From: a bacterium
GTDB taxonomy: Bacteria; SZUA-182; DTGQ01; JAFGSM01
Reading direction: 5' to 3'
DNA length: 64,000 nucleotides
NCBI GenBank assembly: GCA_049472335.1
Contig: JBLIRO010000003.1
Coordinates: 64,001 to 128,000, forward strand
Shown here: one piece after another, positions 18,745-28,015 of the stretch
How positions within the stretch are numbered: the first letter of the stretch is position 1
Layout of the letters: every line of letters starts with the position of its first letter
Position numbers and translations under genes: made by a program
The notes under the pieces: model-generated
Databases searched by the model: none
What the model was told of the DNA's origin: nothing
Seen by the model: only the letters and a program-made list of their open reading frames with translations

Positions 18745-21324
18745 TTAGTTATTGTCACAAGCCCTTATTTCTCTTATATTAATACTTGCCTGTTCGCCAG
18801 CATCCCTTGTCAGCATCCAGTATCCTTTGCCGGGCTCAAGTTTTCCTGATACGGGGATCCTTACATATCCGTATCCTTGTTCATAGCAATAGATGACGGA
18901 AATATTACAGTTTTTTGCTGACGCTTTAGCATCCGATGAGCACCCACCGATCATATGCCACGCATCATAGTTTACGGAAAGGGTATAATCCTTTATAAAC
19001 CAGCCTGTCAGCTGATAGCTTTTTCCCTGGTTTAATAAGATCCAATAACCCTTTCCGGCTTCCAGATTTTCCTCCGGTTTCACACTCACATATCCACTCT
19101 CTTTTTCATACCTATACATAATGACGGCTTCTGAAAAAACGGAAGATACTTTTGTGCTGTATGGTATAACTGGTAAAGAAATCATGCTCCAGCCTGAAAT
19201 TAATTCCAAATTTATTTTTTTATCTATAATAAAGGCACTATTAAGAACAGCATATCCGCCGTCCTGATTAGTCAAATGAAAATTATAAGTACCGGATCGA
19301 AGGCCCATGGGAATGATGGCTGTAATTGTATTCGAATCCACATATGTTATATTTGTTAAAGGTTTAAGTTTTTCAATCACCCAAAGCCCTGCAGATTCAT
19401 CAGCTACATATATGTATGTATTTGTTCCATATACACCTCCGGCATAGCCCGGCGTATCACAGGCCCCTGCAATAATGGGATTCGCTGGATCGCTTATATC
19501 GATAACCTGAAGCCCTGAACTTCCGTCTGTTACATAGGCGTGTTCTTCTGTAACATAGACGCTGGAGGCATATCCTGGCGTATCGCAGGCTCCTGCAATG
19601 ACCGGATTCACGGGATCGCTTATATCGATAACCTGAAGCCCTGAATCCCCATCTGCCATATAGGCGTAGAAGCCCTCTACATAGACGTCCAGGGCAGAGT
19701 CCGGCGTATCGCATGTTCCAGCAATGATTAAATTGTTGGGGTCACTTATGTCAATCACCTGAAGCCCTGAATCCCCATCAGCTACATAAGCATAGTTGTC
19801 CGAAACATAAACATCCCATGCAAGATCAGGCGTATCAAAGGTCCCAATAATATTAAGATTATTGGGGTCACTTATATCAACCACCTGAAGCCCGTAATCC
19901 CAATCTGCCATATAGGCGTAATTGCCCTTGACATGGATTCCTTCGGCATATCCCGGTGTATCGCAGGCTCCTGCAATGACCGGATTCACGGGATTGCTTA
20001 TATCGATCACCTGAAGCCCTGAATCCCAATCCGCCATATAGGCAAAAGTACCCATAACATAAACTCCCTTAGCGTATCCAGGCGTATCGCAGGTTCCTTC
20101 TACGCTTGGACTGGCAAGGTCGCTTATATTGACTATTTGAAGCCCTGCATCCCAATCCGCTATATAGGCGTAGTTGTTCATGACATAAAGGTCTATTGCA
20201 GAGCCTGTGGTATCGCAGATTCCTGCTACGCTTGGATTAACAGGATCACTTATGTAAATTATCTGAAGCCCTGAATCCCCGTCTGCTACATATGCATACG
20301 GATCAGTGATATAAATGCCCTGTGCATTCCCCTGTGTATCACAGACCCCTGAGATAACCATATTAGCAGGATCGTATACATCAATTATCTGAAGTCCTGA
20401 ATCCCCATCTGTCAAATAGGCAAAGGAGTCTATGACGTAAACCCCTTTTGCAGGGTCTGGCATGTCACAGTTTCCAACAATTTTTAGATTGAAAGGATCG
20501 CTTATTGCGACCACCTGAAGCCCTGAATCCCAGTCAGCCACATATGCATATGTATCCTTGACAAAGACATCCCAGGCAAAATCCGGAGTATCGCAGGTTC
20601 CTGTAATACTTAGATTATTAGGATCACTTATTGTAATCACCTGAAGCCCTGAATCCCCATCTGCCACGTATGCATAGTCACCTGTGACATAAACGCCCAC
20701 CGCATATCCCGGAGTATCGCAGAACCCAATAATACTTGGATTGTTTGGGTCGCTTACGTCAATCATTTGGAGCCCTGAGCTCCCATCTGCCAGATATGCA
20801 TAATTACCATTAATATAAACGCCCCCTGCATATCCCGGGGTATCGCAAGAGCCGATAATGCCTGGATTGTTTGGATCGCTTATGTCAAGCAATTGGAGCC
20901 CTGAACCCCTATCTGCCACATAAGCATAAAAATCCTTGACATAGATATCCAAGGCAGAGCCCGGTGTATCACAGGCTCCTGTGATGTTTGGATTGTCAGG
21001 ATCACTTATATCGATTACCAGGACACCTGAACTTCCGTCTGCCACATAGGCGAAGGCATCCCTGATATAGACATCCAAGGCATTATCCGGAGTATCACAT
21101 GAACCCAATATATATGGCCCTCCACCATATAGTGCAGCCTTAGGTTCAGTCTGGAAATCCTCCCCATTAATTGTCACGGATGTCAGAGTTAAATCAGTAC
21201 CACTATTTGGATCTATTGAATAGATCTTCGGATGAACCGCCAATGCAAGATTGTAAAAACCAACCGCAATGATAATTGTGATTATTTTGATTATATATCT
21301 AATACTAAAGGATTTATTTGACAT
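18745..21324 (-). CDS. Secreted LVIVD-repeat (beta-propeller) surface protein
   Basis: Signal peptide, 14 repeats of ~42 aa (AYVADGxSGLQVIDISDP..GxCDTPG), C-terminal GWSMISLP domain. ATG 21324 chosen from AGGAGG spacing. Confidence 0.9.
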   Translation of the reverse strand: MSNKSFSIRYIIKIITIIIAVGFYNLALAVHPKIYSIDPNSGTDLTLTSVTINGEDFQTEPKAALYGGGPYILGSCDTPDNALDVYIRDAFAYVADGSSGVLVIDISDPDNPNITGACDTPGSALDIYVKDFYAYVADRGSGLQLLDISDPNNPGIIGSCDTPGYAGGVYINGNYAYLADGSSGLQMIDVSDPNNPSIIGFCDTPGYAVGVYVTGDYAYVADGDSGLQVITISDPNNLSITGTCDTPDFAWDVFVKDTYAYVADWDSGLQVVAISDPFNLKIVGNCDMPDPAKGVYVIDSFAYLTDGDSGLQIIDVYDPANMVISGVCDTQGNAQGIYITDPYAYVADGDSGLQIIYISDPVNPSVAGICDTTGSAIDLYVMNNYAYIADWDAGLQIVNISDLASPSVEGTCDTPGYAKGVYVMGTFAYMADWDSGLQVIDISNPVNPVIAGACDTPGYAEGIHVKGNYAYMADWDYGLQVVDISDPNNLNIIGTFDTPDLAWDVYVSDNYAYVADGDSGLQVIDISDPNNLIIAGTCDTPDSALDVYVEGFYAYMADGDSGLQVIDISDPVNPVIAGACDTPGYASSVYVTEEHAYVTDGSSGLQVIDISDPANPIIAGACDTPGYAGGVYGTNTYIYVADESAGLWVIEKLKPLTNITYVDSNTITAIIPMGLRSGTYNFHLTNQDGGYAVLNSAFIIDKKINLELISGWSMISLPVIPYSTKVSSVFSEAVIMYRYEKESGYVSVKPEENLEAGKGYWILLNQGKSYQLTGWFIKDYTLSVNYDAWHMIGGCSSDAKASAKNCNISVIYCYEQGYGYVRIPVSGKLEPGKGYWMLTRDAGEQASINIREIRACDNN
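19370..21115 (-). repeat. 14 coding LVIVD repeats, ~126-bp period
   Basis: Recurrent CCTGAAGCCCTGAATCCC and GTATCGCAGG blocks. 14 CDTP-type motifs in the translation. Confidence 0.9.
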
Positions 21325-21344
21325 TTGTAGCAACCTCCTTTTAG

Positions 21345-21587
21345 TTATACTATTTTACCGAAGGTCTGTTCATATCGCTTGATGGTTTTTTGTAGTATTT
21401 CCAGTAGGGATTTAGCATAGGTGGGACTGGTAATGATTCTGGTATGAAATATTTCCTTTTCTTTTTCAGGATAATACTGTCCGAATTCGATTACAAATTC
21501 GAAAGCATTCTGGCCGATCTTAAAATAGTTTGAGTATTTTCCTTCAAGTTGATTTGAATTTAAAAGATCCTCAGGCACCTGTTTCAT
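21345..21587 (-). CDS. DUF3467-family small protein
   Basis: GKYSNYFKIG..FEFVIEFGQ..RIITSPTYAKSL..YEQTFG. GAGG RBS. Confidence 0.8.
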   Translation of the reverse strand: MKQVPEDLLNSNQLEGKYSNYFKIGQNAFEFVIEFGQYYPEKEKEIFHTRIITSPTYAKSLLEILQKTIKRYEQTFGKIV

Positions 21588-21665
21588 TAATACCTCTATC
21601 TCTCACATTTATCCAGTTGTGCAGAATCCGAAAAATAGTTAATTGATATATATTGTTTTTTTGTG

Positions 21666-21681
21666 GCAAGATAGATACCAG
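21666..21681 (-). promoter_or_regulatory. Sigma54 -24/-12 promoter
   Basis: Minus strand CTGGTATCTATCTTGC (GG-N10-GC), ~80 bp upstream of DUF3467 and downstream of a sigma54 activator gene. Confidence 0.7.
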
Positions 21682-21914
21682 ATAAAGTGTCAAAATGTTT
21701 ATTGTCTTAACATATTGATAAAAAGGAGGATTGAACAGAACACGATCATCTGTATTATCTCCTTCCTTCAATATATGTATCTTCAATCATGATACACATT
21801 TTATCCTTTTTAAGTATAAAAGTACTTGAGTGAAATAAAAAAACGAGAAAATGATTGATCTAAAAATTTTTCAGTCAATTTAAAAGTTGGGGTCAGTCTA
21901 AGCGAATCCATTGC

Positions 21915-21955
21915 TTGTCACAATATTTTGTTACAGGAATGTGACATTGTGACAA
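21915..21955. promoter_or_regulatory. Inverted repeat, candidate enhancer (UAS)
   Basis: TTGTCACAAT-N21-ATTGTGACAA perfect 10-bp inverted repeat, with extra TGTTACA and TGTGACA half-sites inside. Confidence 0.55.
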
Positions 21956-22092
21956 TATCTTACTCCAAATCCTGCAATTGAAATCTATTATGATTTGAAA
22001 TCAGCCCCGCATGCAGCGGTGCTCAGAACGATATAAGTAATGATAGAAGTGATAAAGTAATGAAACCTGGATTAAAAATTTCATTATAATTT

Positions 22093-23460
22093 TTAACTCA
22101 TTGATTTTGTGGGGATTCGGTACTTAGCTATTTTCCGGTAAATAGTCATTCGGGACCAATGAAGTTTCTGAGCGGCTTTACTCTTGTTCCAATTAGTATC
22201 GAAAAGGGTTAACAGAAGCTTGTTTCTCTCGCTTTCACTAAATCCGTTCATTTCTTTGAGTCTTTCCTGATAATGCCTTGGCAGATCTATAAAAGATATC
22301 TTACGATGGGGAAGATTGATAAAGGTTGCCTCTAATAGATTTTTTAACTCCCTGATATTACCTGGCCAGTCATAATGGAGCAAAAATCCTAATGTTTCAT
22401 CAGTGAAGCCTTCTATCTTTCTATCAAATCGATGGTTTAATTTTTTTATATAGTAATTAATCAGGGGAAGAATGTCTTCTTTACGTTCACGTAATGGCGG
22501 GAGATGCACGCGGGCCACATTTAGCCGATAATAAAGATCTTTTCTGAATTTCCCGTCCGATACCATTTGCTCAGAATCCTGATTTGTGGCTGCGATAATT
22601 CTTACATCAGTGGGTATTCCGCCGTTTCCTCCTAAACGATGAATTTCTTTCTTTTCAATAGCCCTCAATATTTTTGCCTGAGCGAAAGGAGTCATGTCAC
22701 CTATTTCATCCAGAAAGATGGTCCCTTCATTAGCAAGCTCAAATTTTCCACGCTTTGATGCTATTGCTCCTGTAAAGGCCCCTTTCTCATAACCGAACAG
22801 CTCACTTTCCAAAAGACCCTCAGGCAGTGCAGCGCAATTTATGCTTATAAACGGTTTTTGACTTTTTGAACTATTTTGATGAATAAGTTCAGCCGCCAGT
22901 TCTTTACCTGTGCCTGTTTCACCGGTAATAAGAACCGTGCTTTCTGTTGGTGCAACCTTCATGATATATGTCTTGATATCTTTTATTTGTCCGCTTTCAC
23001 CTATCATAGGTTGAAAGCCGTCACAATCGGGAAAGCCTGAATTGTTATCCAAAGATAACGGCTGAGCAATGTTGAAGATATTGCGTTGCTGAACAATATC
23101 AGATAGATTTCGGCTTATACTTGACATCAATTCATTGAAAGAGATTGGGTGTTTGAAATAATCATTTACACCTATCCTGAGGGCGGCAATAATCCGCTCT
23201 TCCGTATTATTCTTTGTGACCAGAATAATAGGGACTTGCCTGTTATACTTGCGTATCTTTTCTGCCACTTGTAATCCATCCCATGTATCATTCAGGGAGG
23301 AACCTAATATAATCAGATTCAGAATTTTATATTGAATATAATGGAGAATATTAGTTTTGTTTATTGCTTCGATGACTTCAAGACCCTGATTAATCAATCG
23401 TGATTTCAATTTTTGACATAAATTCTGATCACCTACGGCAACCATGATTGTTAGACTCAT
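22093..23460 (-). CDS. Sigma54-dependent transcriptional activator (NtrC family) with atypical receiver domain
   Basis: GETGTGKE, ESELFGYEKGAFTGA, FLDEIGD, WPGNIREL and Fis-type HTH (WNKSKAAQKL). Confidence 0.95.
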   Translation of the reverse strand: MSLTIMVAVGDQNLCQKLKSRLINQGLEVIEAINKTNILHYIQYKILNLIILGSSLNDTWDGLQVAEKIRKYNRQVPIILVTKNNTEERIIAALRIGVNDYFKHPISFNELMSSISRNLSDIVQQRNIFNIAQPLSLDNNSGFPDCDGFQPMIGESGQIKDIKTYIMKVAPTESTVLITGETGTGKELAAELIHQNSSKSQKPFISINCAALPEGLLESELFGYEKGAFTGAIASKRGKFELANEGTIFLDEIGDMTPFAQAKILRAIEKKEIHRLGGNGGIPTDVRIIAATNQDSEQMVSDGKFRKDLYYRLNVARVHLPPLRERKEDILPLINYYIKKLNHRFDRKIEGFTDETLGFLLHYDWPGNIRELKNLLEATFINLPHRKISFIDLPRHYQERLKEMNGFSESERNKLLLTLFDTNWNKSKAAQKLHWSRMTIYRKIAKYRIPTKSMS

Positions 23461-24062
23461 AATAATACCCCTTTTTATGTTTTTAAAAGATTATTATTTC
23501 TAACAATAAGGGCCAAGAAAGAACATATTCAACTGCAACAACCAATGATACGACAATACAAAATCTCAGGATTTGATCAGAACTGGTTTTATTATATAGT
23601 TCGTTATAGGATTATAAATAGAAAGTGCCTGTGGTATTTCAAGTTCTTGTCTTTGATTTCTTTTATAAAGTTCTCTATTTAATTCTATAATTCAATAACA
23701 GCAATATCAGATTGTGAATTGAATACTCCGGACGTTAAGGAAAAACTACAATAAATCATATTATTTTTAAATAATTTAATTACTAAGATCACTTTCAGAA
23801 CCCAAAATTTTAATAGAAATATCGATCTTGCCCTTATTTAGCCTATATCCAGATAATTTATAATAGTTTGACCTCCTTGTTATTAAATTTATTAAATATT
23901 TATGGTAATAATAGTGCAATATGATATTATTAGGAAAATTTAGTGAAAGATCGTGAGGCTATGAACCGAGTATCATTTTGAAAATGAAGTCTATATTTAT
24001 TTATAATTATACCACAATTTGAAAAAAATAAAAGGGTTATTTATTCATTAATTTAAATCATT

Positions 24063-25208
24063 CTATTTTATATAAGATTTTAAAGCGCGTATCGCAATAT
24101 CTATCTCCTCTTTAGTATTGAAATAGGATAATGAAAATCTAACGGTGCCCTTGGGGAAGGTGCCTAATGTTTTGTGGGCTTCCGGCGCACAATGTAATCC
24201 CGGTCTTGTATATATGTCCCATTCAGAATCAAGATACCGGGAGATATCCGAAGCGGTCGCCCCTTTCACATTAAAAGAAACCGTTGCCACACGATCAGTA
24301 TCAGGGGCGTACACTTCCACCTCTTCAATTTCAAAGAGTTTTTCAAGAAGATAGTGGGTCATTTCCTGTTCATATTCGATGATGTTTTCAAGCCCCTGGC
24401 TAATAATGAAATGGATTCCCGCGGTGAGGCCTGAAAATCCGGGGGTGTTTAACGTACCGGCCTCAAATTTATCCGGAGTAAAATCAGGATGAACCGTCTT
24501 TTCGGACAAACTGCCTGTGCCTCCCCGCATAAAAGATTCAAGCTCACCGGGTTTTTTTACAATGAGGGCGCCTGTGCCCTGGGGGCCAAAGAGATGTTTA
24601 TGGCCTGTAATGGCAAAAAGATCAAAGGGGGTTTCCTTTAAATCTATCTTCATCGTTCCCGCCCCCTGCGCCCCATCCACTAGAAGCTTGATACCCGCGG
24701 CATGAGAAACCTGAAATATACCTGCCAAATCCAGTTTGGTGCCTGAAACGTTTGAAGCGGAGGTTATGGCAATGAGTTTCGTTTTGTCGGTTATGGCTGC
24801 TTTGATCTGCTGAGGGGTCACAATACCCCTTTGATCTGCAAGTAGGATCTTAAGTGTGATATTCCCCTGACCTTTGAGGTGATTCAGGGGCCTCAACACT
24901 GAATTATGCTCCATGGAGGTGGTGATAACCTCGTCACCGGCATTTAATGATCCGTAAATGGCTATATTTAAGGCTTCTGTAGCGTTTTTCGTAAGAACAA
25001 TATTTTCCGTGTCGGAAAAATTGAAAAGCTCACCTATGATCTCGCGTGTATTATAGATAACCTCCGCCGCTTTAATGGACAATGTATGTCCGGACCTGCC
25101 CGGATTCGCATTCATATATTTTAAGCAGTTGCATATTGCATTTATGACAGTGTCCGGTTTGGCCCCCGAAGTTGCGGCATTGTCAAAATATATCCCTTTC
25201 GGCTTCAT
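24063..25208 (-). CDS. Cysteine desulfurase-family PLP enzyme (aminotransferase class V)
   Basis: YFDNAATS, EHNSV, TGHKHLFGPQG, RPGLHCAP. Confidence 0.92.
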   Translation of the reverse strand: MKPKGIYFDNAATSGAKPDTVINAICNCLKYMNANPGRSGHTLSIKAAEVIYNTREIIGELFNFSDTENIVLTKNATEALNIAIYGSLNAGDEVITTSMEHNSVLRPLNHLKGQGNITLKILLADQRGIVTPQQIKAAITDKTKLIAITSASNVSGTKLDLAGIFQVSHAAGIKLLVDGAQGAGTMKIDLKETPFDLFAITGHKHLFGPQGTGALIVKKPGELESFMRGGTGSLSEKTVHPDFTPDKFEAGTLNTPGFSGLTAGIHFIISQGLENIIEYEQEMTHYLLEKLFEIEEVEVYAPDTDRVATVSFNVKGATASDISRYLDSEWDIYTRPGLHCAPEAHKTLGTFPKGTVRFSLSYFNTKEEIDIAIRALKSYIK

Positions 25209-25272
25209 GAAGGATCCCCCGCTCCCCTGCCCTATTTTTTCAACTCCGGATTTATATTCACTTTTTCTGTAA

Positions 25273-25503
25273 TCATCCCGTTTCCCATTGATAAATACAA
25301 TCGTATTCCACCCTGTTTTCCTTTAGGATCTTTTCCGCGTCTTCTTTTTCTTCCCATGGGACTTTGCAGCAAAAACCGCAATCAGAACTCAGCTCCCTTG
25401 GTATGTTTGTCAGCTCCGGTTTCTTCCCATAGCCTTCCAGCACCTTTTTGGCCTTAATGGCAAAATGGTTAGTATGAAATGTTATGATTCCAAAAATTGC
25501 CAT
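25273..25503 (-). CDS. DUF3343-family protein (putative Se/S carrier)
   Basis: ITFHTNHFAIKA..IPRELSSDCG, next to the desulfurase. Confidence 0.8.
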   Translation of the reverse strand: MAIFGIITFHTNHFAIKAKKVLEGYGKKPELTNIPRELSSDCGFCCKVPWEEKEDAEKILKENRVEYDCIYQWETG

Positions 25504-25686
25504 ATATCCTGTCTTTAGTTTTTATTTGGTTAGATCAAAAAACAAAGCGGCTTATGTTTATTTATTCAATATAGATTCCCATATCTTCAATATATATTAT
25601 CGATTAAATATCCAAAGAACTCAAATTGGATTTATTTATATAAAAAATCTTTTTTATAAGACAATTCTATAATTAGTTATATTGCT

Positions 25687-25703
25687 CTGGCATGTTTAAT
25701 GCT
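25687..25703 (+). promoter_or_regulatory. Sigma54 -24/-12 promoter
   Basis: CTGGCATGTTTAATGCT (GG-N10-GC), ~35 bp upstream of the 25738 ORF. Confidence 0.65.
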
Positions 25704-25737
25704 TATAAGCGAATTTTATAAAAAAAGTAACACTTAA

Positions 25738-26355
25738 TTGTTTTTAAAAGTCAAGGTTTTGGGATATAGGAGCAAGACATTGTTATCACGAAAAGGAACG
25801 CCTTTAAGAATATTTTCCTTTTTGTTTCTAGTTGTGTCCCTGATATCCTGTGGTGGAGGAGGTAGCGAAAATACCGGAAAAAATATGTGGTATGAAAGGA
25901 TAGAAGGCTGGCAAACAAGGGAGTTGGCGTGCCTTGAATATCCTGAATACAATTATGATCAATCTGACTTTATTGTTGAAGAGTCGGTTTTAAGGGACAT
26001 TAACAGAGAGGTATTCCACAGTAATAAATATGTCAAGGATGAGGGAATCGATTTTTGGCAGACATCATGCGAGACAATACAATACGCCGAAGGTGATTGC
26101 GAGGACCTTGCGATCTTAGTCTGGAGAAAATTAAGGGCCAAAGGCTATCCTGACAAAATAAACGGAATGATATTAAGTGAAAGAGACGGATTGTTTCATG
26201 TGTTTGTGGCGGTATATTATTCAGAAGATGATTTTTACATTATTGATCCAACCGGCTATTTCACATTTAATGTAGTTCCCGGGAGAGAATTTCTCAATAC
26301 GGAAAAAATAAATCTCATTTTATGGTTTAACATGTTTTTGATCAGGGAACTCTAA
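25738..26355 (+). CDS. Transglutaminase-like cysteine peptidase (BTLCP/LapG-like), probable lipoprotein
   Basis: Lipobox-like LISC, DFWQT..GDCEDLA..H..D triad. Exact start uncertain. Confidence 0.78.
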   Translation: MFLKVKVLGYRSKTLLSRKGTPLRIFSFLFLVVSLISCGGGGSENTGKNMWYERIEGWQTRELACLEYPEYNYDQSDFIVEESVLRDINREVFHSNKYVKDEGIDFWQTSCETIQYAEGDCEDLAILVWRKLRAKGYPDKINGMILSERDGLFHVFVAVYYSEDDFYIIDPTGYFTFNVVPGREFLNTEKINLILWFNMFLIREL

Positions 26356-27962
26356 AATAATCCGGTCTTTGTGTACATAACCATTCGATTATCATACAGA
26401 TCCTTTGCGTGATAAGAGCTCCTTACAAACGGTCCGCTGGCAACATCAGAAAAACCCATTTTAAGGGCACTCTTTTTCCACTGCATAAATTCTTCAGGCG
26501 GTACAAAACGTCTTACAGGCAAATGTTCCCTGGTGGGTTGAAGATATTGTCCTATTGTCAGTATACTGCATCCGACATCCACAAGATCCTTTAATATTTT
26601 TTCAATCTCTTCAGGTGTTTCTCCCAGGCCCAGCATGATTCCTGACTTTGTCGGAATGGCAGGATTTCTCAGACCGGCATGCATTAATAGCCTGATAGAA
26701 CGCCAGTAAATAGCTTTGGGTCGAACAGAAGGATAAAGACTAGGTACTGTTTCGATATTATGATTTAAAACAGCGGGTTGTGCGTCCAGCACAATCTGAA
26801 GGGCATCCATATCCCCTTGAAAATCAGGTATCAAAACCTCGATACACGCGTTTGGTATCTTTTTACGCACCTCCCTGATCGTTTTTGCAAAGTGACCTGC
26901 CCCGCCATCGGGAAGGTCATCCCGTGTCACAGATGTAATCACCACGTAACTAAGCCCCATATTCCTGGCAGCTTCCGCTACCCTTTCCGGTTCCTCCGGG
27001 TCAGGCAGGCCGGATGGACCCTGTTCTACAGCACAAAACCGGCAGTTCCGGGTACAACGAGGCCCCATAATCAAAAATGTGGATGTTCTTTGGGAGAAAC
27101 ATTCCCAGATATTAGGGCATTTGGCCTCCTGGCATACGGTGTGAAGACGACTTTTATTTAAGAGGGATCTGACATTTTCATACGAAGGCCCAGTGGGAAG
27201 ATTCCGTTTTAACCAGTGTGGTTTTTTAACATATTTTTTAGATGCATGATTCTGACGTTCTTTTAAAATCTCATCCAATTCCTTCAAGTTCATCTTTTTC
27301 AACTCAATATCGAAAACCGATTCAGTATGCTTTTTAATGATTTTTCTTGCCTCACGCATGGAAACCTTACGAGACAGCTCCTGTTCGATGGATGTCATGT
27401 CAACATTTTTCAGGCCGCAGGGATTTATCCATGTAAACGGCATCATGTTCAAATTGATATTGATGGCAAGCCCATGAAAGGAAATCCCTCTCCGGACCGC
27501 TATCCCGACACTTCCGATTTTTCTGTTCTTTACCCATACCCCCCTGTTTATGGAATTTCTCTCGGTCTCTATTCCAAAATCCGAAGCAGTTCGGATCATT
27601 ACCTCCTCGAGCCTTTCTATTAATTCGGACACTCCCAGCCTGGCTATGTGAAGATCGATGATTGGATACATAATGAGCTGTCCCGGCCCGTGATATGTTA
27701 TGTTACCCCCACGCTCCGCCTTGATGACCTGAATACCTTTTTCCTTAAGAAAATCCTCAGAAACCATAAGGTCATTCAAACCGGCATTGTGGCCAAGCGT
27801 AAATACAGAAGAATGTTCCAACAACACAACAACATCACTTTCAATAATCCTCTCTTTTCTGGCTGTTACAAGTTCGGCCTGAAGATTCCATGCCTCCTTA
27901 TATTCAGTGACAGGAAGATCAAGGCAAAACCATCTTTTCTCTTTTTTTGTTTTATTCTTCAT
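26352..27962 (-). CDS. lipB-lipA: Fused octanoyltransferase-lipoyl synthase (LipB-LipA)
   Basis: LipB: EHSSVFTLG, RGGNITYHGPGQL, INPCG. LipA: CQEAKCPNIWEC, CTRNCRFC, RSSY. Confidence 0.95.
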   Translation of the reverse strand: MKNKTKKEKRWFCLDLPVTEYKEAWNLQAELVTARKERIIESDVVVLLEHSSVFTLGHNAGLNDLMVSEDFLKEKGIQVIKAERGGNITYHGPGQLIMYPIIDLHIARLGVSELIERLEEVMIRTASDFGIETERNSINRGVWVKNRKIGSVGIAVRRGISFHGLAININLNMMPFTWINPCGLKNVDMTSIEQELSRKVSMREARKIIKKHTESVFDIELKKMNLKELDEILKERQNHASKKYVKKPHWLKRNLPTGPSYENVRSLLNKSRLHTVCQEAKCPNIWECFSQRTSTFLIMGPRCTRNCRFCAVEQGPSGLPDPEEPERVAEAARNMGLSYVVITSVTRDDLPDGGAGHFAKTIREVRKKIPNACIEVLIPDFQGDMDALQIVLDAQPAVLNHNIETVPSLYPSVRPKAIYWRSIRLLMHAGLRNPAIPTKSGIMLGLGETPEEIEKILKDLVDVGCSILTIGQYLQPTREHLPVRRFVPPEEFMQWKKSALKMGFSDVASGPFVRSSYHAKDLYDNRMVMYTKTGLF

Positions 27963-28015
27963 ATTTTGAGATTAGATCAAAGAATGAACGCTTCTTTCTA
28001 TTCAAATTACAACTC

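Noticed and set aside
19370..21115. Regularly spaced DNA repeats resembling a CRISPR array
   Set aside because: The repeats are degenerate, in-frame 42-codon LVIVD units, and no cas genes are present.
21571..21786. 71-aa minus-strand ORF
   Set aside because: Overlaps the sigma54 promoter and the DUF3467 start, with no RBS or motif.
25273..25275. TGA of DUF3343 as a selenocysteine codon
   Set aside because: The protein is already family-typical in length and no SECIS-like hairpin is evident.
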